Part shown: piece by piece, positions 47,641 through 58,032 of the stretch | Layout of the letters: the number at the start of each line of letters is the position of its first letter | How positions within the stretch are numbered: the stretch's first letter is position 1 | Source: Candidatus Poribacteria bacterium | GTDB taxonomy: Bacteria > Poribacteria > WGA-4E > PCPOR2b | Direction of reading: 5' to 3' | NCBI GenBank assembly: GCA_965208325.1 | Contig: OZ242326.1 | Span: 1,760,001 to 1,824,000, forward strand | DNA length: 64,000 nt | Notes under the pieces: generated by a model | What the model was told of the DNA's origin: nothing | What the model saw: only the letters and a program-made list of their open reading frames with translations | Database searches by the model: none | Made by a program: the position numbers and the translations under genes

Positions 47641-49440
47641 TCAGGCGATTTCTTGGCCCTTGTATTGAAGCTGATAGAGCCGATAATAGATGCCTTGCCG
47701 TTTAAGCAGTTCGGTGTGCGTGCCAATTTCGCGGATTTTGCCCCGGTGCATGACGAGAATTTTGTCCGCATTCTGGATGGTTGACAACCTGTGGGCAACA
47801 ACGATGGATGTCCGGTTTGCCATGAGACGTTTGATCCCGTCTTGGATTAAACGTTCAGTTTCAGTGTCTACACTTGATGTAGCTTCGTCGAGGATGAGAA
47901 TGTCGGGATTATACGCCAAGGCGCGGGCGAAAGCGACGAGCTGTTTTTGACCCACGGAGAGTGCGCTGCCGCCCTCTTTGACCTCGGTGGCATATCCGTC
48001 CGGCATTTTTTGAACGAAGGGGTCAAGATGTACGTCTTTTGCTGCGGCGACCGCTTGATCCGGCGTTATATCCTCGGCGCCGAGGCGTAGGTTATTGTCA
48101 ACTGTGTCTGAAAACAGAAAGATGTTTTGTTGAACGATACTGATGGCGCGGCGCAGGTCATATAGTCTCAGATCTCGGATTTCTACCCCATCAATTAAAA
48201 TTCTCCCGCGGTTGACCTCGTAGAAACGGCACAGTAGGTTGATAATCGAGGTCTTGCCGGAGCCGGTTTGACCGACGATTGCGACCGTTTCGCCGGGGTT
48301 GATTTTGAAGGAGATATCGCGAAGGACATAGTTATCACCTTCATAAGCAAACCAGACATTTTGAAATTCAATTTCGCCTTTCACGGCTTCCAACCCTTTT
48401 GGTTCATCCGCATTGCAAATTGCCGGCCGCCTATCCAAGAGGTCGAAGATTCTTTCGGACGACGCCATCGCGGATTGAAAAATCGTATATTGTTCGCTTA
48501 ACTCGCGGATGGGCCAGAACAGGCGTTGACCGTATTGGATGAAGGCGACTAAATCGCCGAATGTCACCAAGCCCTTCAGGATTTGCACGCCGCCGTACCA
48601 GACGATAATTGCGGTGCCTAGTGATCCGGCGACCTCAATCAACGGGAAGAAAATCGAGAAGTAGAATACACTGCGCAGTCCCGCCTGCAAGTAAGCCTGA
48701 TTGCGCTGATCGAATTTTAAGAAGTTCCGCCGCTCTTGGGCGAACAACTGGACTGTCGTCATGCCAACGATATTTTCTTGTAGAAAGGCGTTGATGCGTG
48801 CCAGATATTTTCGCTGATCACGAAAGGCGCGGCGCGAATAAATTTGATAAACCGTCGTGGCGCCAAAAATAATCGGGAACACTACGAACATCGCCAAGGC
48901 AAGTTTCCAGTTCATGTACAGCATTATCACCATAATGCCGACGATTTTAATTATATTGGTGAAGACCGTGATAACCCCTGACGTGAACAGCTCATTGAGT
49001 ACCTGGACATCGCCCATCACGCGTGTCATGAGACGCCCGACGGGGTTGCGGTCGAAGAAGGCGACCTCCAACTTCTGGAGATGTGAGAATATCCCCATAC
49101 GCATGTCATACATAACCCGCTGCCCTAACATTTGCAACCGGTATTCTTCAAAATAGCTGAAAACCATGTCTGCCAACATCGCGAGAATCATGAGAAGTGC
49201 AATCCCGCTCAAACCGTCTAGCGACCCGACTTTTATGTAGTGGTCAATGCCATACCCCATAAGCAGGGGACCCGCCAATTGCCCACACGTGCTTCCGAGG
49301 TTTAGGAGCAAGATTAACACGACTTGAAGCCGGTACGGCTTCATGTAGGCGTAGAGTCGTTTAATCAACACGCGATCGTAGATTTTGCCGAGGTCGTCCT
49401 CTTCTTTGCTGTAATCGTGAAGATCTTCGCCGTGAAACAC
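47641..49440 (-). CDS. ABC exporter, fused permease/ATP-binding subunit
   Basis: TM domain, GQTGSGKT, LSVGQKQ, ILDEATS, AHRLST. Confidence 0.95.
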   Translation of the reverse strand: MFHGEDLHDYSKEEDDLGKIYDRVLIKRLYAYMKPYRLQVVLILLLNLGSTCGQLAGPLLMGYGIDHYIKVGSLDGLSGIALLMILAMLADMVFSYFEEYRLQMLGQRVMYDMRMGIFSHLQKLEVAFFDRNPVGRLMTRVMGDVQVLNELFTSGVITVFTNIIKIVGIMVIMLYMNWKLALAMFVVFPIIFGATTVYQIYSRRAFRDQRKYLARINAFLQENIVGMTTVQLFAQERRNFLKFDQRNQAYLQAGLRSVFYFSIFFPLIEVAGSLGTAIIVWYGGVQILKGLVTFGDLVAFIQYGQRLFWPIRELSEQYTIFQSAMASSERIFDLLDRRPAICNADEPKGLEAVKGEIEFQNVWFAYEGDNYVLRDISFKINPGETVAIVGQTGSGKTSIINLLCRFYEVNRGRILIDGVEIRDLRLYDLRRAISIVQQNIFLFSDTVDNNLRLGAEDITPDQAVAAAKDVHLDPFVQKMPDGYATEVKEGGSALSVGQKQLVAFARALAYNPDILILDEATSSVDTETERLIQDGIKRLMANRTSIVVAHRLSTIQNADKILVMHRGKIREIGTHTELLKRQGIYYRLYQLQYKGQEIA

Positions 49441-49462
49441 GGGTTACGCCTCCCAATAAAAT

Positions 49463-50266
49463 TCAAGTGCGGTTAATGCGGTGTTCATGGAAATAGAAGT
49501 GGTTTGTTGGACCCTGACCGCGCCCAATATCAAGAGAATACCGGATAGCATTTGTAATATAATCCTTCGCAGCGTCTATAGCGTCAATCAGGTCTTTGCC
49601 CTGTCCGAGCTGGGCAGCAATGGCAGCGGAATATGTGCATCCGGTGCCGTGCGTATTTTTTGTTTCAATGCGATCGGCTTCAAAAATGGTAAACTCGCCG
49701 TCGGATAACAAGACATCCGACGCACGCTTATCGGCAAGGTGACCGCCTTTTACCAGCACGCCTCCGCACCCGCAAGCCGATATTTTCTTCGCAGCTCGCT
49801 TTGCGTCCGCTATCGTGTTAATTTCACAATTTGCGAGCAGTTGGGCTTCGTCAACGTTAGGGGTAATCACCGTTGCCAGCGGCATCAGTTCGGAATATAG
49901 GCTATTCACCGCATCCGGATTGAGGAGGGGGAACTTGCATTTCGAAAGCATGACCGGATCGACGACGACGTTCATCGGTGAATAACGGCGTAATTTCTTG
50001 GCGACAGCCTGAACAATTGCCGGGGAAGACAACATGCCGGTTTTTAGGGCTGCTACGTCGAAGTCTGAAAAGACGGCATCGATTTGCGCACCAATTATGT
50101 CGGTGGGCAGGTCAAAGGCGCGAATCACTTCTTTTGTGTTCTGTGCCGTGATTGAGGTAATGACGGACAGCCCGAAACCGCCATTGGCGTGGATGGCTTT
50201 AATATCGGCTTGAATGCCCGCGCCGCCTCCAGAATCAGAGCCGGCAATTGTCAAGATTTGTTTCAT
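49463..50266 (-). CDS. thiD: Hydroxymethylpyrimidine/phosphomethylpyrimidine kinase
   Basis: LTIAGSDSGGGAGIQAD, KTGML, VVDPVM, KGGH, THGTGCT. Confidence 0.96.
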   Translation of the reverse strand: MKQILTIAGSDSGGGAGIQADIKAIHANGGFGLSVITSITAQNTKEVIRAFDLPTDIIGAQIDAVFSDFDVAALKTGMLSSPAIVQAVAKKLRRYSPMNVVVDPVMLSKCKFPLLNPDAVNSLYSELMPLATVITPNVDEAQLLANCEINTIADAKRAAKKISACGCGGVLVKGGHLADKRASDVLLSDGEFTIFEADRIETKNTHGTGCTYSAAIAAQLGQGKDLIDAIDAAKDYITNAIRYSLDIGRGQGPTNHFYFHEHRINRT

Positions 50267-50268
50267 CG

Positions 50269-50940
50269 CTAAGCGCCTACATTATCTTGGACACGATTGA
50301 GCTGCCGAAGATATGCTCGTGCGTTCTGAATCCCGGTTTTGGCGGACATGACGCTGGACATCACCGCAACTCCATGCGCCCCGGCACCAATACACTCCGG
50401 AACCCGTTCGGGTGTTATACCGCCCAATGCGAAAACGGGAATTTCCACGCTTGCTGCAACTTTCCGGAGTTTTTCTAATCCAACAGCCGGGCCGTATCCA
50501 GGCTTGCTTGCTGTCGGGAAGATGGGGCTATAGGTCAAGAAATCCGCTCCTTCCAGTTCCCTCGTCCGCGCTTCATCACGGCTATGGACCGAACAACCTA
50601 CAATGAGCCGGTTATCCGATTGCGGGACGACCTTCTCAACGGACGCTGAATCCCCGGGCAGGTGCACACCATTCGCCCCTAGTTCGGCTGCAATTGCCGT
50701 GCGTGAGTTAATGAAGAGTTGAGCGGCATAGGTTCGGCAAAGCTTGGCGGTCGGTTTTGCTAAATTGATGAATTCGACATCGCTCAAGTCTTTTTCCCGA
50801 AATTGAATGGCGGACACTCCCGCATCCAAGAGGTCATGGATTACGTCGTACAGTAAACGCGGGGAACAGCGAAACCTGTCCGTGATGATGTACAGCCTGA
50901 ATGGTATCACGCTTCGTACCGAATCTAAAGCTGACTCCAA
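50269..50940 (-). CDS. thiE: Thiamine phosphate synthase (ThiE/TenI family)
   Basis: LYIITD, QFREKD, GVHL, GCSVH, FPTASKPG, ALGGIT. Confidence 0.85.
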   Translation of the reverse strand: MESALDSVRSVIPFRLYIITDRFRCSPRLLYDVIHDLLDAGVSAIQFREKDLSDVEFINLAKPTAKLCRTYAAQLFINSRTAIAAELGANGVHLPGDSASVEKVVPQSDNRLIVGCSVHSRDEARTRELEGADFLTYSPIFPTASKPGYGPAVGLEKLRKVAASVEIPVFALGGITPERVPECIGAGAHGVAVMSSVMSAKTGIQNARAYLRQLNRVQDNVGA

Positions 50941-51971
50941 TCGAATACAACACCTAGATAGGTGTCCTTCCGTTCGTGCAGGCCTAGGTAGGCGTTTTGG
51001 CAGGCCGTGGGCGAAAGCAGGTGTGTCAACAGCAGATCCGTCTTGAGGGCGCCGGATTCAATCCAACCGAGAATCTGCTGATAGTTGCGCGTGATACTAT
51101 GCCCTGAATCACCGGTATCGGGGATGGTATAAAGCCATTCAAGCGCGCCAATTAGTCGAATACCCAGCAAGTGGATTCGGCTCAACATAGGTGTGACATC
51201 CATTGTGACACGCGCACGCGGGCTCCCCAGCAGAATAACCTCACCCTTTCGCCGTGTCATCTGAACCGCTTGCGCGGCGAGTTCCGACTTGCCGATGGCT
51301 TCAACGCTGATGTCTGCGCCGCGCCCAGCGGTCCAATCCATCACGGCACCTTCCATTTGAGTATCCCCGGAATTTATTGCGTTTGCGATGCCGCACTGTT
51401 CGGCAACTTTTATCCGAAAGTCTGACAGATCGACCCCCATTACCTCGGCACCGGCAAGCCTAAAAAGTTGCGCAGCGAAATTCCCTACTAGACCGAGTCC
51501 GATGACGAGCACCTTGTCCCCCGGGGAAACGGACGCGGCGCGCAACGCGGTGATTGCCACGCCTGCCATCCGCGTGAAAACGGCTTTTTTCCCATCAAGT
51601 TTGGACGGCGTCTTCAGGCAAAACCGCCGCGCATCCACCTTGACATGAGAGGCGTGATTGGAAAAACTCAGGACGCGATCTCCCGCACGAAGGTCGCCGC
51701 AGTTATCGCCCAAGGCGATAATTTCTCCGTAATTTCCATACCCCGTCTGCATGGGGTAGGAAAAGGGCCGGTCTCCTAAAGCGGGGTGTTCTGCCTCCAG
51801 ACCGGAATAGTGCGCCCCCTCTGTACCCGCGCTAATGATGGAATACACAGTTTTAACAAGAACCTGACCGTTACCGAGTTCTTCATCGCGTCTAAACGGC
51901 TCCAATACCGCCTGTAACGGCGCTGTGAACGTTACCCGATGCCCTTCCTGCATGTGTGGCTCCGAACCCAT
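50925..51971 (-). CDS. Medium-chain (zinc-binding family) dehydrogenase
   Basis: SIISAGTE, GYGNYG, VIGLGLVG Rossmann motif. Confidence 0.85.
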   Translation of the reverse strand: MGSEPHMQEGHRVTFTAPLQAVLEPFRRDEELGNGQVLVKTVYSIISAGTEGAHYSGLEAEHPALGDRPFSYPMQTGYGNYGEIIALGDNCGDLRAGDRVLSFSNHASHVKVDARRFCLKTPSKLDGKKAVFTRMAGVAITALRAASVSPGDKVLVIGLGLVGNFAAQLFRLAGAEVMGVDLSDFRIKVAEQCGIANAINSGDTQMEGAVMDWTAGRGADISVEAIGKSELAAQAVQMTRRKGEVILLGSPRARVTMDVTPMLSRIHLLGIRLIGALEWLYTIPDTGDSGHSITRNYQQILGWIESGALKTDLLLTHLLSPTACQNAYLGLHERKDTYLGVVFDWSQL

Positions 51972-51974
51972 TAA

Positions 51975-52050
51975 GAAACCGAGTTTTGAAGAAAAAACTC
52001 GGTTTCAAGGACTACTGAAGAAACCGGGGTTTGGGGAAAAACTCGGTTTC
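51975..52050. repeat. Pair of palindromic intergenic repeats
   Basis: GAAACCGAGTTTT-6 nt-AAAACTCGGTTTC (51975-52006) and an imperfect copy (52020-52050). Confidence 0.7.
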
Positions 52051-52126
52051 AAGTACCTCATTCTGCTCCGTTGGAACGCAAGAACAATACTGTTGCGTGT
52101 GTCTGCATTCTACTTTGCCATTACAT

Positions 52127-53140
52127 TCATCCTTTGAATGGCGGCAACAGTTGCGGCTTTTCAACAAGCCAAAATTCACCGCGGCTGGTGTCCGCGAGCA
52201 TTTTCAACAACACCGCGCCGGGGAAATCTTCAGCCATTTCGGTCGCCATCGCAAATATTTTCGTCTTGCCGCCAGTTTGTTTTTCGACTGCCTTGATATC
52301 TGGGAAACCCGACGTCAAAATGCCGTCAGTGAATAGGACGATGATTGTCGGTTGTATTTTATTCGCGTCATGAAGCGCTTCGAACATATCCTTGTCGACA
52401 TAACGCGCGCTTTTCTTGGGTTTCGCGGCTTCGAGGTACGCTATCGCGCTGGAGACATTTTCATCAGTCACAGCAAGAAAATCAGGTTGATAAAATTCGA
52501 CCTCCCTACTGAACGTCATGATGTTAAACTGGTCGTGCAGCTCAAGAAACGCCAACGAATCCTGCAAAATAGCAATTATCTTCTTTAGTTTACGCGGTTT
52601 TAAACCGAGCATGCTTGATGACAGGTCCACACAATAAATGATCTGTTGCGGATTCGGCTGTTTCTCAATGAATTTCACCAATCGGCTTTTTGGAGGCCCT
52701 TCCTCGACGGGCGCTGACTTTACAGGAGAATTGGCCGTTTTGCGCACGGGCGGCGCGATTCTCACAGTGTTGGCAGTTAAGTTGCCGCCGCTGAAATCAA
52801 GCGAGCCGAGATCGCCTAACTTTGTCGGCGCTGCCGCCGAAACAACGCCTCGCTGCGTCACCGGAGCGTTACTCGTCAGGATTTTTAGGTTCGGTTGGTT
52901 CGTTGTAATGTTTGTCTCGGTACGATTCCGTATTCGAGCCCTTTTGGGACGGCTTATCCTTTTGACTCGCGGTTTTTCGACCTTCATCAGCACAGCGTTC
53001 ACTGCTCCTTCATCCAACCGCAGGTCAGCGTTGGGCCAGAAAAAGAACCCAACGATACCGGCAATAATATGCACGAAAACCGATACGGCAAACGCGCTGC
53101 TTGCTTTGTGTCGTGATCTCATTCGGGATAACCTTGTCAT
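52127..53140 (-). CDS. Membrane-anchored vWA domain protein
   Basis: AVSVFVHII TM anchor, low-complexity linker, MIDAS DLSSSM, FTDG. Confidence 0.8.
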   Translation of the reverse strand: MTRLSRMRSRHKASSAFAVSVFVHIIAGIVGFFFWPNADLRLDEGAVNAVLMKVEKPRVKRISRPKRARIRNRTETNITTNQPNLKILTSNAPVTQRGVVSAAAPTKLGDLGSLDFSGGNLTANTVRIAPPVRKTANSPVKSAPVEEGPPKSRLVKFIEKQPNPQQIIYCVDLSSSMLGLKPRKLKKIIAILQDSLAFLELHDQFNIMTFSREVEFYQPDFLAVTDENVSSAIAYLEAAKPKKSARYVDKDMFEALHDANKIQPTIIVLFTDGILTSGFPDIKAVEKQTGGKTKIFAMATEMAEDFPGAVLLKMLADTSRGEFWLVEKPQLLPPFKG

Positions 53141-53303
53141 GAAATGGCGCTCGAATGCACTCGCATTTTTCCCTTCGAACGCAAGTAATTCCTCAAAACT
53201 CGAGCGCAGTTTTTCTTTTGATTCAGGGTGTGGTTTCGAGTATAATCGTGATTGCCGATACGTATTATAAACCTTTTATCGACAATGAAACAAGGAGAAA
53301 ATT

Positions 53304-54359
53304 ATGGGGCGAACAGGCAGAGCAGTTATAGCACAGGGACAGGATTTCGAGGTTCGCGAGTATCCCGTGCCAGACCCGGAACCGGGTACCGTTCTACTGC
53401 GCCAGGAATTGGCGGGCATTTGCGGTACTGACCTACACTTCTGGCAAAAAGGGTTCGACGAAGAGGTTTTATTGGGGCACGAGAATGTAGGGATTGTCGA
53501 AGCGCTCGGGAAGGGCGTAAAGACTGACTACGTCGGCAAGCCCATCCGTGAAGGGGATCGTGTCATATTCGCACCGGCAGCAGACGACGGCGGGTACGGT
53601 TTCCAATATAATCCCGATAAGCCGCCGCATTTTCGCGGCGGGTTCGCCGATTTCATTTACCTCTGTTGTCCGCGTACCTGTTTCATCAAAACAGACCTGC
53701 CGCAAGAAGCAGCTGTGATGACGGAGCCGTTCACCATCGGCGTACATGCCGTGATGCGCGCCAAACTGCAGTTTGGAGATACGGTTGTGATTCAGGGTTC
53801 CGGCGCAATCGGGTTAGTGACGTTGGCGTGCGCAAAGGTTAGTGGTGCTGCGAAGCTGATTATGGTTGGCGGGCCCGCCGAGCGGCTTGAACTCGCCAGC
53901 CGGATGGGCGCCGATGTTACTATTGACATTGAGAAGGTAACGTCGGTGGCTGAACGTACCGAGCTAGTCAAATCACATACGCCCAAAAACGCCGGCGCAG
54001 ATGTTGTCTTTGAGTGCGCCGGGTTCCTACCAGCCATCCCCGAGGGATTGGGCTACGTTAAGCACAGCGGCACATTTTGTGAGGTCGGTCATTTTGTCGA
54101 TGTCGGTTCAATAGACTTCAATCCGAACCAATTGCTGATGGTTAATAATATCCGTTTAGAGGCGGTATGGGGAAGCTGGGATGAGCATTTTGTACGCGGG
54201 TTCCCAATACTTGAGAAAAACGAGTTTCCGTTCGCCGACATGGTGAGCCATAAACTGCCGCTTTCCCGCGTCTGCGAGGGTTTTGATGCGCTGGACGGAA
54301 AGTATCGGTTAGGCGGGGAAACGGTCATAAAAATCGCCGTTGATGCGCAAGCGGAGTAA
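53304..54359 (+). CDS. Zinc-binding alcohol dehydrogenase family protein
   Basis: GICGTDLH, GHE, QGSGAIG; structural-Zn Cys cluster absent. Confidence 0.9.
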   Translation: MGRTGRAVIAQGQDFEVREYPVPDPEPGTVLLRQELAGICGTDLHFWQKGFDEEVLLGHENVGIVEALGKGVKTDYVGKPIREGDRVIFAPAADDGGYGFQYNPDKPPHFRGGFADFIYLCCPRTCFIKTDLPQEAAVMTEPFTIGVHAVMRAKLQFGDTVVIQGSGAIGLVTLACAKVSGAAKLIMVGGPAERLELASRMGADVTIDIEKVTSVAERTELVKSHTPKNAGADVVFECAGFLPAIPEGLGYVKHSGTFCEVGHFVDVGSIDFNPNQLLMVNNIRLEAVWGSWDEHFVRGFPILEKNEFPFADMVSHKLPLSRVCEGFDALDGKYRLGGETVIKIAVDAQAE

Positions 54360-54426
54360 TGGACAATTTCAGATCGGCCATGTCCCCAAGTTTGCTCGTT
54401 GCGCTTTCAAGCCATTGCGGCGCCGG

Positions 54427-55464
54427 CTACTCTGTGCTTTCGCCTATTCTCTCAACAATGGCGCCAGCCAAAAGCGGAATCATGATTTCGTGGTGTCCGG
54501 TAAAGGTAAACCCCTTTCCGCCGATGGTAGTCGGGCGTTTGACGACGTTTTCTAAGGGGCGGTACTGCTGAATCATATCGAAATCTGCTGTGGTGAAGTG
54601 GGTGACGTGATGACCGAGATTTCGCGCGATCGTTAGCGCCTTGAGAAAGACTTCGGGCAATATCACTGCGGAACCGAGGTTTAGAATTACGCCCCCATTT
54701 CCGAGTTCAGCGACGACCGCAGTCAATATGCGAAAATCGGTGAAACTAGTCTCTCCGATTGCTGCACCATTTGCCGTCGGGTGTTGATGAATAATATCTG
54801 TCCCAATTGCCACATGCACGGTTACGGGAATGCCGAGCCGGCAAGCTGCGGCGAGTAGGCTTTTATCCTGAAAATGCGCCTCCAGTTCAATCAACTTTAG
54901 TCCCAGACCTTCTCCCATGCCGACACCCTTGGCGGCTGCGTCACTGAAGGCTTCATTCATGTATCGCCCGGTTTCTTCAACCATGCCAAACTCGCCGGAC
55001 TGAAGGTATCGACCGACATCTTCAGATGTCTCTCCGATGAGGGCGATTTCAAAATCGTGGATGCTCGTTGCGCCGTTGCACACAAGGGCAGTGACAATGC
55101 CGCGCTCCATCAGATCGATTAGCACTGTGCTTAATCCACACTTGACCACATGCCCGCCCGCCATGACGATGATTGGTTTTTGCCGCCGATAAGCCTCAGC
55201 GATTAGATTGGCGAGTTCTAAGAGATCGGCAGCTTTAAGGATTTTGGGCAATCTCGACAGATATTCGTGAATTCCCGTTTGCGATGAAATAGGAGCGGCA
55301 AAATCGCGGACTGACACCTTGTTAATTCGATTCCGAATGGGATAGGTCTTTACGTCGTCGAGATTAACAGGCTTCCAATTTCTATTCTCTTTCATTGCGC
55401 ATAAGGGGGGCGGTTTCATTTTCACGATTCCTGATTTCTTGTTTAACAATGCGGCGGATTGCAT
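54427..55464 (-). CDS. Deoxyhypusine-synthase-like fold protein
   Basis: GGHVVKCG, NGATSIHDFE, GEFGMVEETG, HVAIGTDIIHQH, GSAVILPEVFLKA, GHHEIM; start may be 55394. Confidence 0.7.
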   Translation of the reverse strand: MQSAALLNKKSGIVKMKPPPLCAMKENRNWKPVNLDDVKTYPIRNRINKVSVRDFAAPISSQTGIHEYLSRLPKILKAADLLELANLIAEAYRRQKPIIVMAGGHVVKCGLSTVLIDLMERGIVTALVCNGATSIHDFEIALIGETSEDVGRYLQSGEFGMVEETGRYMNEAFSDAAAKGVGMGEGLGLKLIELEAHFQDKSLLAAACRLGIPVTVHVAIGTDIIHQHPTANGAAIGETSFTDFRILTAVVAELGNGGVILNLGSAVILPEVFLKALTIARNLGHHVTHFTTADFDMIQQYRPLENVVKRPTTIGGKGFTFTGHHEIMIPLLAGAIVERIGESTE

Positions 55465-56213
55465 TAACGTTTCCCTGTCAACGGAACAAACCGGACGGGA
55501 AATATCTGTTTGGTTATGACGGAACCGTCGGCTTCTTTTTTAACAAGCATCAGCGTTTGCACTTGAAACCGCCCGCCGACGGGTATGCACATAATTCCGC
55601 CGGGCTTGAGTTGGCGCACGAGAGGCGGCGGAATGTGATCCGCAGCGGCGGTGACGATAATGGCGTCGAACGGCGCATGTTTTTCCCAACCGTAGTAGCC
55701 GTCTCCAATCTTTACCGTCAGGTTTTTATATCCGAGTCGTTCCAGCCGTTTTTTTGCTTTTTCACCCAATTTTTCAATAATCTCAATTGTGTAGACGTGG
55801 TTGACCAACTCAGCCAAAACCGCCGCTTGATACCCTGAACCCGTACCAACTTCAAGCACTTTGTGCTCCTTGTTGGGTTTCAACAGTTCCGTCATATATG
55901 CGACAATGTACGGCTGTGAGATTGTCTGATCGTATCCGATCGGCAGTGGGTGATCGGCGTAGGCGCGGTGTTTGTCCAGGTCACGGACAAATTCATGGCG
56001 AAGCACGCGCCGCATGGCGTCTAAAACCCGTTCGTTTTCCACACCCTTGCGGCCATCCCTGACACCGCGCTGGTCGATCTGTGTCGCCACCATTTTTTCG
56101 CGCTCGGTTTTGTAATGCGCATCACCGCTATCGCCAAAGCTGAGTTGCGGTATGGCCGCAAATAGAGAACACCCAAGCAGAATAAAGATGTAGTTTGCGT
56201 ACCTCGAATTCAT
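55464..56213 (-). CDS. pcm: Protein-L-isoaspartate O-methyltransferase
   Basis: QTISQPYIVAYM, LEVGTGSGYQAAVL, APFDAIIVTAA, VRFVPL; hydrophobic N-terminal leader. Confidence 0.95.
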   Translation of the reverse strand: MNSRYANYIFILLGCSLFAAIPQLSFGDSGDAHYKTEREKMVATQIDQRGVRDGRKGVENERVLDAMRRVLRHEFVRDLDKHRAYADHPLPIGYDQTISQPYIVAYMTELLKPNKEHKVLEVGTGSGYQAAVLAELVNHVYTIEIIEKLGEKAKKRLERLGYKNLTVKIGDGYYGWEKHAPFDAIIVTAAADHIPPPLVRQLKPGGIMCIPVGGRFQVQTLMLVKKEADGSVITKQIFPVRFVPLTGKR

Positions 56214-56314
56214 GTCATACCTTATTTATTATTTATTAAGTGACTGGTGATTGGTGCAGACCAGACCTAGAGAATCCTGGTTAACCTACTAAGGTTCTAT
56301 GGGATTATAGAAGC

Positions 56315-56689
56315 GCTTGAGTTGGGAATAAGCCGGGTTCTGTCCCCTAATTTGCTTTCGCGCATCAGGGTGATGATCATTCATCTGGGATTGATGTTTC
56401 CATCAACCTCATGCGGCTCACCCGAGGACTAGGCGGGCGCACCCATACACGTCCTTCTATTTGGCCTTGCTCCAGGCGGGGTTTACCTAGCTCCCGATGT
56501 CGCCACCGGGACTGGTGCGCTTTTACCGCACCGTTTCACCTGTACAACGCATAGCGCGTTGTAGTCTACTCTCTGTTGCACTTTCCATAGCGTCACCGCT
56601 CCTGGGAGTTACCCAGCGCCTCGCCCTGCGGAGCCCGGACTTTCCTCATCCCGATTTTATCGGAACGCGACCATCTACCCAACTCAAGC
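56315..56689 (-). ncRNA. rnpB: RNase P RNA (type A)
   Basis: Minus strand GAGGAAAGTCCGGGCTC, GGTAAACCCCGCCTGGAGCAAG, ACAGAACCCGGCTTA; P1 GCTTGAGTTGGG/CCCAACTCAAGC. Confidence 0.97.
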
Positions 56690-56696
56690 TGCATAA

Positions 56697-56725
56697 ATAA
56701 TAACATACCGCACTTTACACGTCAA
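56697..56725 (-). promoter_or_regulatory. Sigma70 promoter of rnpB
   Basis: TTGACG-17 bp-TATTAT with TGn extension, a few bases upstream of the P1 5' end. Confidence 0.75.
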
Positions 56726-57234
56726 CTTCCCGGCTGTGTACGGCGAATTATATTGCATGAGAGGTTCGCCTGCTTGCGTCAGCACTTGGTGAGAACGGCG
56801 GTTCATTTCATCGTTAGTTGCACAAAAAAGAACATTATTCGTCAAAAGTGCACCGTTTAGTGCAAGATCCATGAAGAATGTGGATTTGCCTGTCATACCG
56901 CTTGAAGGCTATTTCCGGCGCCGAAAAACGTAATCCTGCCCGTATGCTTTGTTAGATCATGCCTTTCAATCTCGAACAGCGACTAATTTGAAGGCACTTT
57001 TGGGTTTTGGCATATAATTTGCGCTTAATCCTATTCTAGCACCTGATTCAGTTTCGACAGCTTAGGCAACCGTGCAATTTAAACCATTTAAATTAGCGGG
57101 ACGCCGCGTTTCCAGTTCAGAATCACCCTTGTACACATGACGGGGCGTGCGGAAAATGTCCTATGGGCAAGCAAAACGCCATGGTTACATTTTTTGCCTA
57201 ATCACATAGCTGCACCTAATGAAAGGAGAATACG

Positions 57235-58032
57235 ATGAAATGTGTATTTGTCGCCTTGGTAATTTGTCTATTAGGTTGCGGACATGAACATCCTGAATAT
57301 ATTTTGACTGATCAGGATCGCGACTTAATTGAACATACACATGATTATGCGTCAATAGGTCATGAACACGATTTAACTGAACACGATCACGACTATGCCT
57401 CGATTTCTCATAAACATGAATCCACCCTGATTGAACACACTCACCCCGCAGTTCGTTCACGGCTAAATAGGCTTGAGTTAAACCGCGACCATACCCACAC
57501 CGATTTACAGTCACGGATAAACACTCACGATCATGAGGTACCTCAGTTAACATTTGATACATGCCCAATTCCGCATTTAAATACGGATTGGAAAGGAAGA
57601 TCTACATTCTTCTTTTTCCCTGATAACTCCGGTAATGTATTGCTGTCAAATGGCGAATACGGCGCGTTAGCGATAAGCAGTTACGGGAGACGCGGGGATT
57701 ACGATTACGTGGTTGGTGGACGGGTGATTAACTCTATTAGCATTTCGGTAAGCCATAGGGGTACCGACAGCGGTAATGAACGCGGGGAACCGGTCCCAGA
57801 CGGCAAATTGGCAGATGCTGAGGTAACCAAGTATGGCGGCAATAATTCTTGGGTTGGTTTGGACCGGGATCATGAAATCCTGTTGTATAATTTGGCAAGC
57901 CAAGGTGACGTAAGTGGAGCGTCAGCATCAATTACGTGCGTGCCTGAAGAGGAAAAAGAGGCGCCCGAGCTTGCTTTAAAGCTAACTAATTTAGCAAAGG
58001 ATTTAATCAATATAATGGAGAGAAGTGAATGA
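57235..58032 (+). CDS. His-rich lipoprotein
   Basis: AAAGGAG RBS, lipobox LLGC, repeated HxH units. Confidence 0.75.
   Translation: MKCVFVALVICLLGCGHEHPEYILTDQDRDLIEHTHDYASIGHEHDLTEHDHDYASISHKHESTLIEHTHPAVRSRLNRLELNRDHTHTDLQSRINTHDHEVPQLTFDTCPIPHLNTDWKGRSTFFFFPDNSGNVLLSNGEYGALAISSYGRRGDYDYVVGGRVINSISISVSHRGTDSGNERGEPVPDGKLADAEVTKYGGNNSWVGLDRDHEILLYNLASQGDVSGASASITCVPEEEKEAPELALKLTNLAKDLINIMERSE

Noticed and set aside
51972..52126. TPP riboswitch upstream of the dehydrogenase-thiE-thiD run
   Set aside because: No CTGAGA / AACCTGA core seen; the interval holds palindromic repeats instead.
57065..57170. c-di-GMP-I riboswitch-like words (GGCAA...GGGACGC)
   Set aside because: Lacks the GAAA tetraloop and the GCAAAGC junction; only a simple hairpin/dyad is supportable. 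An Rfam/Infernal scan would settle it.
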